A program made the position numbers and the translations under genes. From the IMG/VR virus record IMGVR_UViG_3300030116_005302, positions 1 through 53,932 of that record: 53,932 bases of DNA. One strand, written 5' to 3'. Below the pieces are notes generated by a model. It saw only the letters and a list, made by a program, of their open reading frames with translations, was not told where the DNA came from and ran no database searches. Source of the DNA: a virus (Duplodnaviria; Caudoviricetes). This document shows, one piece after another, positions 27,903 to 37,506 of the stretch; position 1 is the first letter of the stretch; every line of letters begins with the position of its first letter.

Positions 27903-28105
27903 TCCTCTCCATCGTACTTCCTTTGAAATACTTCTTTTCTGTCTATTGAAACTGATTTGTCTTCAGATTCTAGACTTAGTCTGACTTGTTTCCCATTTAT
28001 TTTAATGACTGTTATTGTAAGGAAGATATTTCCTTCTCTGTGAACTACAATAGCGCTGTCTTTATTATTAGTATTTTCTTTGCGGGTAAGTACGAGTTTG
28101 CTCAT
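27899..28105 (-). CDS. csrA: CsrA/RsmA-like RNA-binding translational regulator
   Basis: LVLTRK...ITVIKINGKQVRL...VSIDRKEVFQR aligns by eye with CsrA MLILTRR...VTVLGVKGNQVRI...VSVHREEIYQR. Confidence 0.85.
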   Translation of the reverse strand: MSKLVLTRKENTNNKDSAIVVHREGNIFLTITVIKINGKQVRLSLESEDKSVSIDRKEVFQRKYDGEE

Positions 28106-29961
28106 TTTGTATATGCTTTGTCATACCCACCTTCAGCTGATAATGGTAGTTCTTTACACCATACCGGTGGTTGTGTCATTGTAAATATTATATTGTCCAT
28201 AATATTACATGAATCTTTCTCTGTAGCAACAGCTATTATCTCATCGTGTACTGTTAAAACTACAGATCCACCGTTAGTATTTTGTAAATAATTATGCACT
28301 TTATTTATGGAATCAGTAATAATTATACGTGCTAAAGCTTGTACAATATTTTCTGCTATTTTTCCGCCATAAAGTTTAACTTGTTGTTTCTGGTTGAAGT
28401 ATACAAAATCAGACCCTTCAAAATATCCGTTACCTCGTTTGATTAAACCGGGGTATTTTAGGTACATACCATTTGGCAGCATTAATGCTCTATCAGCAAC
28501 TGTCAACGGTCCATATGTTAGTCCTTCAGAGTTTTTTTGAAGGGAACAAGTGATTAAGTATTCGCATTTTTTCCAGAAGTTAGCTATATCCGGATAGTTT
28601 CCTCGGTATGTATTTACTACATCTAATGCATCTTCATCTGATATATCTACTTCTGGGCCAGCCAGTCCATTTCTAAGCGTGAAAGCGAACTTTTTGTAAC
28701 CCATACCATACCCAAGGCCAAGTATTGCAGTCTTGCCTACAAACCTCTCTACTGGGTTGTCGTCCTTGTTTATAGGTTTCTTGTATATTTTAGAAGCAAA
28801 GTTACTGTATATATCTTCTCCGTTAGCAAATTCTTGTAGTAAGTCTGTTTGATTTGAAATCCACGCCAGGACACGGGCTTCAATATTTGATAAGTCAGCA
28901 ACGTATACTAGATGCCCTTCGGGTGCTTGTAATGCTTTACGTAACTCAGAACCCCTGGGTAGGTTTTGCATATTAAGTTTGTCAGTGCCACCGAATCTGC
29001 CTGTATGTGCCGCATAATATCTTAATGGGACACTTATGGACCCATCCTTGTTGATAACATTTAAAAACCTCTGGGCCCTGGTTTCTTCAATTCTTGATTT
29101 AACTGCTATCCGTGCTTCCCATAAATTTTTATGTTCTGGATACTTTCTAACCATTTGTTTGTAACCGGCATCATTTTTCCCAAGTGCGGGTATTTTATTG
29201 CCGGTAGTAGGGCTGGTCTTCATAGGTGGATTAATACCTATTGATTCAAGATAGGCGCTAAACTGTTGATTACTGGACAAAACTTTTTTATCTATTCCGC
29301 AAGCTTCTATTTTTTCTTTACTTTCCTGTGTTATGCGGTCACGATATTTGGTTAAGAGTTCACGGTCTACGGTCAGCTTAGGCTCAACAAACATCTTGGT
29401 TGTAAGGTCAATAATATGCAACTCTGTATCCGGGATCTTAGACTTCAATTTATTATAGATACTGTGAGTAAGGTCTACGTCCTGTTTGCAGTAACCTGCA
29501 ATCTGGTCTTCAATATCCGGAGGTAAGTCTACAATACCTTTTGCTGATACTAGCTCATCTCCTTTACGCATCTGTTCATCGTCAGGCCATAACCTTTTAC
29601 ATACTTCAGACAGCTTTGCTGATTGCATTGGGTCAATGCCGCGAGCCATAGCTGCAGTATCATAGTAAAAAGCAGGGTGTACGTTGTAGTATTGAGTTAG
29701 AATATAGCCGTCAAATAAAGCATTATGACAAACTACAGCTGTGTTATCCCAGTCAACATCTTGCAAAAAAGCTTCTATATCATTTTCATTTAGCCAATCT
29801 GCTTCCTGTTCTGAAAAGAAACGAACCCCCAGCCCCCATACTTTAAACTGATCTCCGTTAACATATTCTGCAGTCGTAAGTTTTTTCAGAGAATAATGAG
29901 GATCGAAGTAGGTTTCAAAATCAAGAACTAATACACTTAGCTTATCAAGATCTACTGTCAT
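28102..29961 (-). CDS. polA: DNA polymerase family A with 3'-5' exonuclease
   Basis: Exo motifs LDFET, HNALFD, YCKQD; polymerase motifs HTGRF...QNLP, A (DLSNIEAR), B (R..GKTAILGLGYG) and C (TVHDE). Confidence 0.97.
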   Translation of the reverse strand: MTVDLDKLSVLVLDFETYFDPHYSLKKLTTAEYVNGDQFKVWGLGVRFFSEQEADWLNENDIEAFLQDVDWDNTAVVCHNALFDGYILTQYYNVHPAFYYDTAAMARGIDPMQSAKLSEVCKRLWPDDEQMRKGDELVSAKGIVDLPPDIEDQIAGYCKQDVDLTHSIYNKLKSKIPDTELHIIDLTTKMFVEPKLTVDRELLTKYRDRITQESKEKIEACGIDKKVLSSNQQFSAYLESIGINPPMKTSPTTGNKIPALGKNDAGYKQMVRKYPEHKNLWEARIAVKSRIEETRAQRFLNVINKDGSISVPLRYYAAHTGRFGGTDKLNMQNLPRGSELRKALQAPEGHLVYVADLSNIEARVLAWISNQTDLLQEFANGEDIYSNFASKIYKKPINKDDNPVERFVGKTAILGLGYGMGYKKFAFTLRNGLAGPEVDISDEDALDVVNTYRGNYPDIANFWKKCEYLITCSLQKNSEGLTYGPLTVADRALMLPNGMYLKYPGLIKRGNGYFEGSDFVYFNQKQQVKLYGGKIAENIVQALARIIITDSINKVHNYLQNTNGGSVVLTVHDEIIAVATEKDSCNIMDNIIFTMTQPPVWCKELPLSAEGGYDKAYTK

Positions 29962-29962
29962 A

Positions 29963-30340
29963 TTATATCTCGCACTTTGGTTTATCTATTTGCTTTTGGA
30001 AATATTCATCAACTTCCTGGTCAACTGTGTCTGGCATTGCTGCCATAGCAAAATCTGTTTCTGTTTCAAACTTTTCACGGACATGAGGTTTGATAGTATC
30101 TATAAAGTTGTAATACATAGTCATACCTATATCTGTAAAAAAAGAATCATTGTATGGATAAACAGCAGAACAGAGTCTTAGCATGTTATGTAAGTGTTTT
30201 TTGAATTTTTCATCGTAACTAAAAAAATCCATAATATGTTCATGTTGTACATGCTCTCTGGCCCAACGTATGTACAATGTATTTTTTTGGTCATCTGATA
30301 ATTCATCAAAACTTGTCGGTAATATTTCTTCGTCAGTCAT
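29963..30340 (-). CDS. Hypothetical protein
   Basis: 125-aa ORF tightly packed in the operon, with a GAGGGG RBS. Confidence 0.7.
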   Translation of the reverse strand: MTDEEILPTSFDELSDDQKNTLYIRWAREHVQHEHIMDFFSYDEKFKKHLHNMLRLCSAVYPYNDSFFTDIGMTMYYNFIDTIKPHVREKFETETDFAMAAMPDTVDQEVDEYFQKQIDKPKCEI

Positions 30341-30342
30341 TG

Positions 30343-30534
30343 TTAACCCCTCAGTAAATACAAGATGAGGCTTGCTAATGCAGCAAGCCCCGTTATGAAT
30401 GTAAAAGATATAGTAAACTTTTTATGTGGCCGTCCACCTTGTTCACCTAGATTTATAGGTATATGTTTATCTACACCTGGTTTTAAAGTTTTAATTTTTC
30501 GATGGCGTCTACAAGTCATGGCTACCACCAGCAT
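30343..30534 (-). CDS. Hypothetical small membrane protein
   Basis: Fills the gap between neighbours; hydrophobic C-terminus. Confidence 0.5.
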   Translation of the reverse strand: MLVVAMTCRRHRKIKTLKPGVDKHIPINLGEQGGRPHKKFTISFTFITGLAALASLILYLLRG

Positions 30535-30971
30535 TCATACCATACTTTTTTATCTTCTTTTAACCATTCAAATGCTTTTTGTGTAAACTCAAAGTCCTGT
30601 TCGTAATAATCTTTTACGCTTTGTTCTTGGAACTGTTGCCCCCAAAAGAAACCATCATTACAAACGGGTAACTTTTCAGTTTGTATAGTACGTTGTAATA
30701 TATTTATGTCTTCCCAATCCAAAAATAATTTCTGGCAGTTAAAATCATCTGCCATTACTCCATAAGGAGCTTTAACATTAAGTCTGTGATGCCAAAGCTG
30801 TCGCATGTATTCATGTAGTCGTGCATGTTTGCGCCACTCGAATACCATTTCTTGTTCACAATCCCAATATGGATCTTCTTTGTCTGCTTCATATGTATTT
30901 ATATCTATAACTTTTTCATCTTTGTTTTTTGGTTTAACGATTAACCATCCTGCATATTGATCTAGTCCCAT
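30522..30971 (-). CDS. Conserved phage protein (MGLDQY...WRKH...FNC...GFFWG family)
   Basis: Recognisable motif family of unknown function; AGGAG RBS. Confidence 0.8.
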   Translation of the reverse strand: MGLDQYAGWLIVKPKNKDEKVIDINTYEADKEDPYWDCEQEMVFEWRKHARLHEYMRQLWHHRLNVKAPYGVMADDFNCQKLFLDWEDINILQRTIQTEKLPVCNDGFFWGQQFQEQSVKDYYEQDFEFTQKAFEWLKEDKKVWYECWW

Positions 30972-30988
30972 TCTTCATTCTCCTTTAA

Positions 30989-31153
30989 TTATCCAGCCTC
31001 CGCTAGGTTCCTTTCTCTCTCTACCGTAGAGAGCCAGTCTTGAAAATCCTGATCTAACCCTTTTGGCATATCATTCCAACAGATTTGTAGATTAGGATTA
31101 TCATTCCACTGTATCATTATCACTGAGGCTACTATTTTAAATTTCTTTTCCAT
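30989..31153 (-). CDS. Hypothetical 54-aa protein (absent from the ORF track)
   Basis: MEKKFKIVASVIMIQWNDNPNLQICWNDMPKGLDQDFQDWLSTVERERNLAEAG, with an AAGGAG RBS. Confidence 0.65.
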   Translation of the reverse strand: MEKKFKIVASVIMIQWNDNPNLQICWNDMPKGLDQDFQDWLSTVERERNLAEAG

Positions 31154-31353
31154 TTTCTTACTCCTTTTAATGGTGAGCCTACTATTCTTTGCAATATCAC
31201 TTTTTTTAACCGATGCAAAATCGCTTTACAGTTTATACAGACGATGAATCTTTAGGGGCATCTGTATAAAATGAGAATAGTGTAACCACACGGCTCTGAC
31301 ATGGTGTTTTTTGAGGTGTTGTTAGAACCTCGGAGATATGCATCGCCCCTTAG

Positions 31354-31384
31354 AAAAAGAAGCCAAACTACTAGAGTTTGGCTT
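31354..31384 (-). terminator. Rho-independent terminator
   Basis: Minus strand AAGCCAAACT-ctagt-AGTTTGGCTT-CTTTTT. Confidence 0.65.
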
Positions 31385-31516
31385 AAGTCCTGTTGGGAAA
31401 CAGGGGGAGGAAAATTATATCCATAGTGTATACCCTTGTTAACTAAATTAAAAGAGGAGCCCCAGTTTGATGAGATACGGGGTCGGGGTTGGAACAAACT
31501 GAGGCCCCCTGCGAGA

Positions 31517-32194
31517 CTAAGCTTCTATAGTTACATCCTTCATTTTTTCATAAAACTCTTCAGCTAGTTTGTAGTCGGCATCCTGTGCCCAGCCTTCAAA
31601 CGATACATCCAAGTTCATGAACTGTTGACCAGAACGATTCTGGGTTGCAACTGCAGACAGTTTCCATAAACCAGAGAACCTATCTCCTCCTTTAATATTG
31701 ATTTGAGAGTTCCAGCTTCGTGATACACGTAGCTTAGAACTTGCAAAATCCATTATTACAGGCATTGATAGTACACCGGTTTTAGGATCTTTTAAAAGCA
31801 AAACATGTGAATGAGTTTGCACAATGTCATACTCATCGGGTTTATCCTGCTCTTTTATAGCAGTTTCAGCTTCTGCTGCACTGCGATAAGTACCTAGAAA
31901 ACCACCGCCAGCTTCTCGCTTTTTCCATACAACATGGTCATCTTTGAAAGTGACACTGATTGTATAGAGGTCAGATCCATAGTTTTCATTAGTCAAACTA
32001 TTCAAGAAGTCACCCGGGTCAGCACCTTCAATAAAGTTTGCATGATGCTTATCTACTTCAGGAGACATTTTCTGTAGTAGTTTAATACGTGGTATTGTCA
32101 TGCTATCACTAGACACATTTTCGTTACCACGACCTGCACTTTGTTTAACATGCGCAGGCATTTTGTCAGTAGCTAATGCTATTTCATTTGCCAT
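31517..32194 (-). CDS. Putative ssDNA-binding protein
   Basis: GNENV...IPRIKLLQ.MSP motif of SSB-like proteins in PolA/SNF2 phage replication modules. Confidence 0.6.
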   Translation of the reverse strand: MANEIALATDKMPAHVKQSAGRGNENVSSDSMTIPRIKLLQKMSPEVDKHHANFIEGADPGDFLNSLTNENYGSDLYTISVTFKDDHVVWKKREAGGGFLGTYRSAAEAETAIKEQDKPDEYDIVQTHSHVLLLKDPKTGVLSMPVIMDFASSKLRVSRSWNSQINIKGGDRFSGLWKLSAVATQNRSGQQFMNLDVSFEGWAQDADYKLAEEFYEKMKDVTIEA

Positions 32195-32206
32195 ATATCA
32201 TTATCC

Positions 32207-32599
32207 TTATAGTTTACGTAAGTTAACTTTGCGAAGTTGAGTGGCTTTTACACCGGGAACGTCTTTTATTTTGACTGATTCATTCCAAGCAGCTGAACTA
32301 ACTCTTCTGTGTAATAAAGAAAATTCACCAGTTTTCTGTATATGTTCATGAAGAACACCCCAGTCTTCTACTTCGGGTACTGATTCTTCTTTAATGGTTA
32401 CAGATGACATATCGTTTGCAGTCCGGGTTAGTCCTTGTGCATCCATCTTTTCAATCAGCACTGAATCCAGTAGCCGGTCTTTTTCTTTAATCTCTTTTAG
32501 TTGTTTATTTAATAGTTCTGTTTCATGTCTATGTTCTAGTTTTTGTCTAATCAAATTGTCTATATTAAATTGTTTGTATTTGTTTAGTAGGTCGTCCAT
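32207..32599 (-). CDS. Conserved replication-module protein
   Basis: Coiled coil plus VEDW..L...I...GEFSLL.RRVS...VPGV, a type usually adjacent to the SSB-like gene. Confidence 0.7.
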   Translation of the reverse strand: MDDLLNKYKQFNIDNLIRQKLEHRHETELLNKQLKEIKEKDRLLDSVLIEKMDAQGLTRTANDMSSVTIKEESVPEVEDWGVLHEHIQKTGEFSLLHRRVSSAAWNESVKIKDVPGVKATQLRKVNLRKL

Positions 32600-33941
32600 G
32601 TTTTTTCCTCAAAGTATTTAAAGTGCCTAACAAGTCTTCCATCCTTGTTAATTTCTTTTCTAGTTTTTTATACACTTCTGTTTCCCATGTATGACGGGCA
32701 GCAATGCATATCACCTCAGTTCTTTTAGTTTGCCCTGCCCGATATATTCTTCTATTGAATTGCTGGAAGTGTTCAGCGTTGTACGTAGGTGATGACCATA
32801 TAACTGTGTTAGCTTTTGTAAGAGTTAAGCCGTGGCTTGTAGACTGTGGATGCGCAAAGATACATTGCAATTGCCCAGCCTGGAATCTCTCTACAATATC
32901 TGCACGTTTGTTAGATGGAGTCTGGCCATCAATTACTGCATATTTTATTTTTTGTTTTTCTGCCAGAGCTACAAGCTGTTCTCTTTCATGTCTCCAGTTG
33001 AAAGCAACGAGTGAATGTCTACGCTCTACGATCAAGGACATAACCATGTCATATCTTTCTTTATGTATTTTTACGACATTACCGAACTCATCGTAGATTG
33101 CACCGGTACATAACTGCAGCAGCTTTTTAACTTTAGCGCCTGCATGTACTGCGTTAATAGTTGATTCTTCTGTATACAGTACAGACTCTTCTTCAAAGGT
33201 ATCGTACTCAAGCTGCACATCTTTATGTAAAGTTGTATACACAAACCTTCTGGATGTAGCTGGCATGTCAATACATTCTTCAAGCTTATACCGTATGTTA
33301 ATATCTTTAATTGCAGCAGCAACCAGGGTTTCTGCATTCGATTTATCAACCCATTCGTTAGCAAAGCCATTGTATCTGGATGTGCATACGTTAGACCTGA
33401 ATGTATAGAACTTGGGGCCAAGTCTTTTACCATCGTCAATTACATAGCACGGATGCCATAGGTCAAGTATTGTATTGCTGTTAGGTGTACCCGACATACC
33501 AATACGGTATTTGAAGTTGGATACAATTTTTGCAAGTGCTTTACTGCGTTGACTATCCTTGTTTTTAAATGCAGTAAATTCGTCAATGCATATAGTATTG
33601 AAATCCTTAAGGTGCACCTGGTTTTTAAGTAACCACTTAACCGCATCATGGTTTGTAATTACAACAGGTGTATCTGACTCAAATGCTTTCTGACGATTAC
33701 GTGCATAGGCAATTTCATACTGTAAGCCATTGGTAAACTTTAGTATGTCTTCCCCCCATGAAGCTTGAAGTATTGATAGAGGCGCAAGTACAAGCAAGCG
33801 ACCTTTATCTTCTTTACCTTGGACATAAGCATCAAGGACACTTCTGGTTTTACCAGTGCCCGGGTCTGAAGTTATCAAGCATTTGGGATTTTTTTGAATA
33901 AAGGCAGTAGTAGCCTTTTGATGTGCAAAAGCTTTCAACAT
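32565..33941 (-). CDS. SNF2-family helicase
   Basis: DPGTGKT, IDEF..FKN, MSGTP, HGLTL and Q...RIYRAGQ motifs. Confidence 0.93.
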   Translation of the reverse strand: MLKAFAHQKATTAFIQKNPKCLITSDPGTGKTRSVLDAYVQGKEDKGRLLVLAPLSILQASWGEDILKFTNGLQYEIAYARNRQKAFESDTPVVITNHDAVKWLLKNQVHLKDFNTICIDEFTAFKNKDSQRSKALAKIVSNFKYRIGMSGTPNSNTILDLWHPCYVIDDGKRLGPKFYTFRSNVCTSRYNGFANEWVDKSNAETLVAAAIKDINIRYKLEECIDMPATSRRFVYTTLHKDVQLEYDTFEEESVLYTEESTINAVHAGAKVKKLLQLCTGAIYDEFGNVVKIHKERYDMVMSLIVERRHSLVAFNWRHEREQLVALAEKQKIKYAVIDGQTPSNKRADIVERFQAGQLQCIFAHPQSTSHGLTLTKANTVIWSSPTYNAEHFQQFNRRIYRAGQTKRTEVICIAARHTWETEVYKKLEKKLTRMEDLLGTLNTLRKKHGRPTKQIQTI

Positions 33942-33999
33942 AATTCATTACTCTTTTTTCGTTTATCATTGTTCGTTGAGAACAACTATTATACACGGG

Positions 34000-34317
34000 C
34001 TACGTTCTAGGATCTATCTCTATCCATTCAAAATATGGAACAGGTAGTTCTATAAACTTAGCTACTTTTATCTTTCTGTTATTAAGCCTAAGTTCTTCTC
34101 GTACCATTGTTTTCTTCATAACAAATAAAATAATAGATACAATAAGACCACCTACAAGAGCAGCCATCATACCTGAATATGTGCCTGCAAGAGACCACAT
34201 AAGAAATGCAGTAATAGCTATGTCAATCGGGATGTCGTAACTTATTACTTTTCTTGGACCTAGTTTTAGTACTAGAAACAGTAACCCTGCGGCTGCGGTT
34301 ATACCTGCGATCATCAT
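34000..34317 (-). CDS. Hypothetical membrane protein
   Basis: About three hydrophobic segments; AAGGAG RBS. Confidence 0.7.
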   Translation of the reverse strand: MMIAGITAAAGLLFLVLKLGPRKVISYDIPIDIAITAFLMWSLAGTYSGMMAALVGGLIVSIILFVMKKTMVREELRLNNRKIKVAKFIELPVPYFEWIEIDPRT

Positions 34318-34385
34318 TATTTTTTCTCCTTAGTGAATCAATTAATGAAATAATTTTTAGGATTTGTAATACAAAAAATAAAGTT

Positions 34386-34562
34386 TTACTTACTTTGAAC
34401 AGAAGATGTTTCACTTAGTTTTCCCCATGAAAGATAAATAATAAATGCAATTGCAATCATAGAGATAATGCCTTGAACACCAATAGTTATTGCTTCCAAA
34501 GCCATAGTCAAACTAATAATTGCAACAAGAGTTAAAGCAATTTTTGCTGGTATATTTTTCAT
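34386..34562 (-). CDS. Small membrane protein (58 aa, absent from the ORF track)
   Basis: ATGA overlap with the vWA gene; MKNIPAKIALTLVAIISLTMALEAITIGVQGIISMIAIAFIIYLSWGKLSETSSVQSK. Confidence 0.55.
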   Translation of the reverse strand: MKNIPAKIALTLVAIISLTMALEAITIGVQGIISMIAIAFIIYLSWGKLSETSSVQSK

Positions 34563-35722
34563 TGTTCATCCTTGTTTTCTGGTAATAAATATACTGTTTC
34601 ACCCCATGGTGCTTCTTCATTCCGTACAGTAGATATCCATAAGACTGGTATTTCTGGTTCTTCACCGAACTCATCAGACCCCAAGTCAGTTAAATATATA
34701 ATTACTTCTACATCGGGAAACTCTTCAACAACTTTTGTAATTGCAGGATGAAAGCTGGTACCGCCTCTTCCTTTGATTACACATTCTGTTTCTTCTATAT
34801 CTTCATAGTCTTCAAATATTTTTACATCTTGTACTTCTGTATCACACTGCATAAGTATTAGTCTTTGTGGCATAGTCTCACGAGCTACGGCACATGTTTC
34901 TCCCCAGAACTGGGTAAACTCTTCAACACTTACAGACCCGGACGAGTCTTTAATTACTGCTACGGATCCAATTGCATCAGAGTTGAATGAAGGCAAGTAC
35001 TCGTCTTCACTTAGGTAAGCACGGTTTGGTTTCTTCCAAGTGTAGTCATCGCTGGCTACAGACTTGAAGAAACTCCAGAGTAAATCTTTCCAGTCAATAA
35101 GAGGATTAACTACATCCTTTACCAGTTCTTCAAGATGCCCGGGCAATTTACCTTGTGCTTTTGCAATGGACAACGCTTGGTTGATTGCTACCTGCCACTC
35201 AGCCTCTGTGTTTGCAGATACATTGTCCATTACAAAGCCCCATGTTGGACCTTCCTGTTCAGGAGGCAACTGATTGTAAATAGCTTCTGCTGACATATTT
35301 TTGAACTCTTCTGCTTTAAGTGCATTTTGAGGAAGTATATGTCCATGATCTAAAAGATGTAGATTGATTGCATAGTCACATGCAGCATTCCATCTTTGAT
35401 ATTCACGTTCCTGTCTCCTTGCTTGGTGACTGAATACAATGTGAAGTAGTTCATGTGCAAGAAGACCACGGGTTTCTTGCGGTGTTTGTTTACAAATAAA
35501 CCTGGGATTGTATATGAGGTCTACACCATTAGTAGCTGCAGTCTCTTCATCCCAAGTTGGTTTGTAGTTTAGTTTTAAAGCAAGAGTACCGTAGAAAGGT
35601 TCTTTAAGTAGTAAAGAAGACTTTGCTTTTATTATTAGTTTGTTTGCTTCTTGTTCATATAAGTCTCTTTCTTTGGGATCACTCACCTGATTTTGTTTTC
35701 GTTGAGGCCCGATAACAGTCAT
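34559..35722 (-). CDS. Metallopeptidase-vWA protein (DUF2201-like)
   Basis: TAATNG, AHELLH, WNAACDYAIN, MIDAS DSSGS, GRGGT.F and YLTD motifs. Confidence 0.92.
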   Translation of the reverse strand: MTVIGPQRKQNQVSDPKERDLYEQEANKLIIKAKSSLLLKEPFYGTLALKLNYKPTWDEETAATNGVDLIYNPRFICKQTPQETRGLLAHELLHIVFSHQARRQEREYQRWNAACDYAINLHLLDHGHILPQNALKAEEFKNMSAEAIYNQLPPEQEGPTWGFVMDNVSANTEAEWQVAINQALSIAKAQGKLPGHLEELVKDVVNPLIDWKDLLWSFFKSVASDDYTWKKPNRAYLSEDEYLPSFNSDAIGSVAVIKDSSGSVSVEEFTQFWGETCAVARETMPQRLILMQCDTEVQDVKIFEDYEDIEETECVIKGRGGTSFHPAITKVVEEFPDVEVIIYLTDLGSDEFGEEPEIPVLWISTVRNEEAPWGETVYLLPENKDEQ

Positions 35723-35724
35723 AA

Positions 35725-36483
35725 TTAATCCTCTAGTAGTGATGATATAAGGGCTGTTTGATTGTGCTCATCTAAATCAAAACCGATTTCCTGTTTGATT
35801 TGTTCAGCTTGTATTTTTCTTGTAGTTTTCTCATGCATTTTTGCAATTAATTCTGGTGGAACTAAAGACTCACCTGCAGGATACACATCAAGAAATTGTT
35901 TTAGGGTATTAACTCTGTTTAACAAGGTCTTCATTTGAACATTAAGGTTAGTTTTTTTCTTATCCCAGTTTGCAAGGGAATCGTAAGCATTGTTTAACAA
36001 AGGATTAAGTTCTTCTCTTGCTTTTGAACTTAAGTCATCTTCGTGTATATTAGCGCCACCATTATAACTTGAAGTAAGATAAGGCAAGTTGATATATGGA
36101 TCGAGTTCCACGGTAAACTCACGATATCCAGGTTCAACGTTTGATTTGAATTTCATCTCAATACGTTTTGTTACATTGTGGTCTTCTCCCAGATATCGAA
36201 AACCGTTTAGAAACTCTTTTACATCAGCTGAATCAGTAGCATCAGTCCATCTATCTGATGTTAATTTTGCTGAGTTATTGGATAACTGAATGTATTTTCT
36301 GAAGTAGTCATGATTAACAAGACTTTTAACTGCTTGCTGGAATGGTGATTCCATAACAGCTTGTCTTACTGCATTAGAAAGTTTTGGGTCTTTAGTAGGT
36401 TTGATATGACTTTTTTCAAACTGTTCTTCTGCATTTTTTACTATGGTAGCTCGTAGATCTTGTGACATACGTACATGTGCCAT
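35725..36483 (-). CDS. Nmad5-like hypothetical protein
   Basis: N-terminal RMSQDLR..I...A and C-terminal LL....TLKQ.L..YP....LVP resemble Nmad5 (recalled, not searched). Confidence 0.5.
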   Translation of the reverse strand: MAHVRMSQDLRATIVKNAEEQFEKSHIKPTKDPKLSNAVRQAVMESPFQQAVKSLVNHDYFRKYIQLSNNSAKLTSDRWTDATDSADVKEFLNGFRYLGEDHNVTKRIEMKFKSNVEPGYREFTVELDPYINLPYLTSSYNGGANIHEDDLSSKAREELNPLLNNAYDSLANWDKKKTNLNVQMKTLLNRVNTLKQFLDVYPAGESLVPPELIAKMHEKTTRKIQAEQIKQEIGFDLDEHNQTALISSLLED

Positions 36484-36495
36484 TGTTTATTCTCC

Positions 36496-37506
36496 TTATA
36501 TTACTACTGAAGCATTGTCTTGAATCCATTCCTGACATGCTTCATGGTTTTGAAGTGCTCGGTCTTTTGCAAGACTGTCTTTCATAAAGTAAACCTGATA
36601 CTCAGGATTTAACTTTCTCATATACTTAACAATGTTCTTGAATGTTGTACTATCAACTCGTGCAGCTAGTGCACCAGAGATTGCAAACATTACTGAAGTA
36701 TCGTCAGGTACATCGACCAGGTGTGGTGTTTTAATTATCTTGTCAATGTCAGGCAGACTATTGAACATTGTTTTATGTGCAATGAACTCACCTGCTGGTC
36801 CATCACCAATGATAGATGCAACACCATAGAACTGTTCATCGTTTGAACTACCCATATGAGGAAGCTTTTTGTCAACCATTTCCCAACCACGAGGAGTTGG
36901 AAATGCATTTTGTTTTGCGTCCATAGCATGAAGTAGTTGCGGTCGATAACGTATAAAGCTAGTTATCATTGGGCTGATATCATTTTGCATAGCCCATACA
37001 CACCAGTCATCTACGTTAGGTTCAACTGTGTAATGCGCAAACCGAGACTTAACTGGTGTTGGCATCTCGTGCACAGCTGCTCTATCTTTTGATCTGTTAC
37101 CAGCTGCAATGATTGTTGTATACGGTGGAAGTGTATAAGTACCAATCTTCTTGTCGAGTATCAATTGCAACAAGGCATTCTGTGTTGCTTTAGGTGCAAC
37201 GGGCAACTCGTCAATAAACAGGGTCACTGATCCTTGATAACTTGCATCAGGATAATCTTCCGGAATACCGTATCGAGTACGATATGTACCGTCTGCCTGC
37301 TCTACAACTTTAAGGCCACCACGTACATCGACTGGGTCAAACAGATTTGCACGTAACTCAAAGAGCTTTGAATCACGGGCATGTGCAGTTTGATATACGA
37401 TCTGTGATTTACCTAGACCGGGCCCACCCCAGATCATAGTAGGTATATCAGCTTTTGCATTGGCTGTTATCTCTTTGTATAACAGCGAGGGTTTTATTTC
37501 TCTCAT
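36496..37506 (-). CDS. MoxR-type AAA+ ATPase
   Basis: WGGPGLGKS, LFIDE, QNALLQL, AAGN, SRF.H and FPTPRGW motifs. Confidence 0.93.
   Translation of the reverse strand: MREIKPSLLYKEITANAKADIPTMIWGGPGLGKSQIVYQTAHARDSKLFELRANLFDPVDVRGGLKVVEQADGTYRTRYGIPEDYPDASYQGSVTLFIDELPVAPKATQNALLQLILDKKIGTYTLPPYTTIIAAGNRSKDRAAVHEMPTPVKSRFAHYTVEPNVDDWCVWAMQNDISPMITSFIRYRPQLLHAMDAKQNAFPTPRGWEMVDKKLPHMGSSNDEQFYGVASIIGDGPAGEFIAHKTMFNSLPDIDKIIKTPHLVDVPDDTSVMFAISGALAARVDSTTFKNIVKYMRKLNPEYQVYFMKDSLAKDRALQNHEACQEWIQDNASVVI

Noticed and set aside
31252-31497. 81-aa minus-strand ORF
   Set aside because: It has a TTG start with no RBS and runs through terminator hairpins.
31466-31500. Hammerhead ribozyme core (TTGATGAG...GGAAC)
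   Set aside because: It lacks the exact CUGANGA and GAAA cores and stem II.
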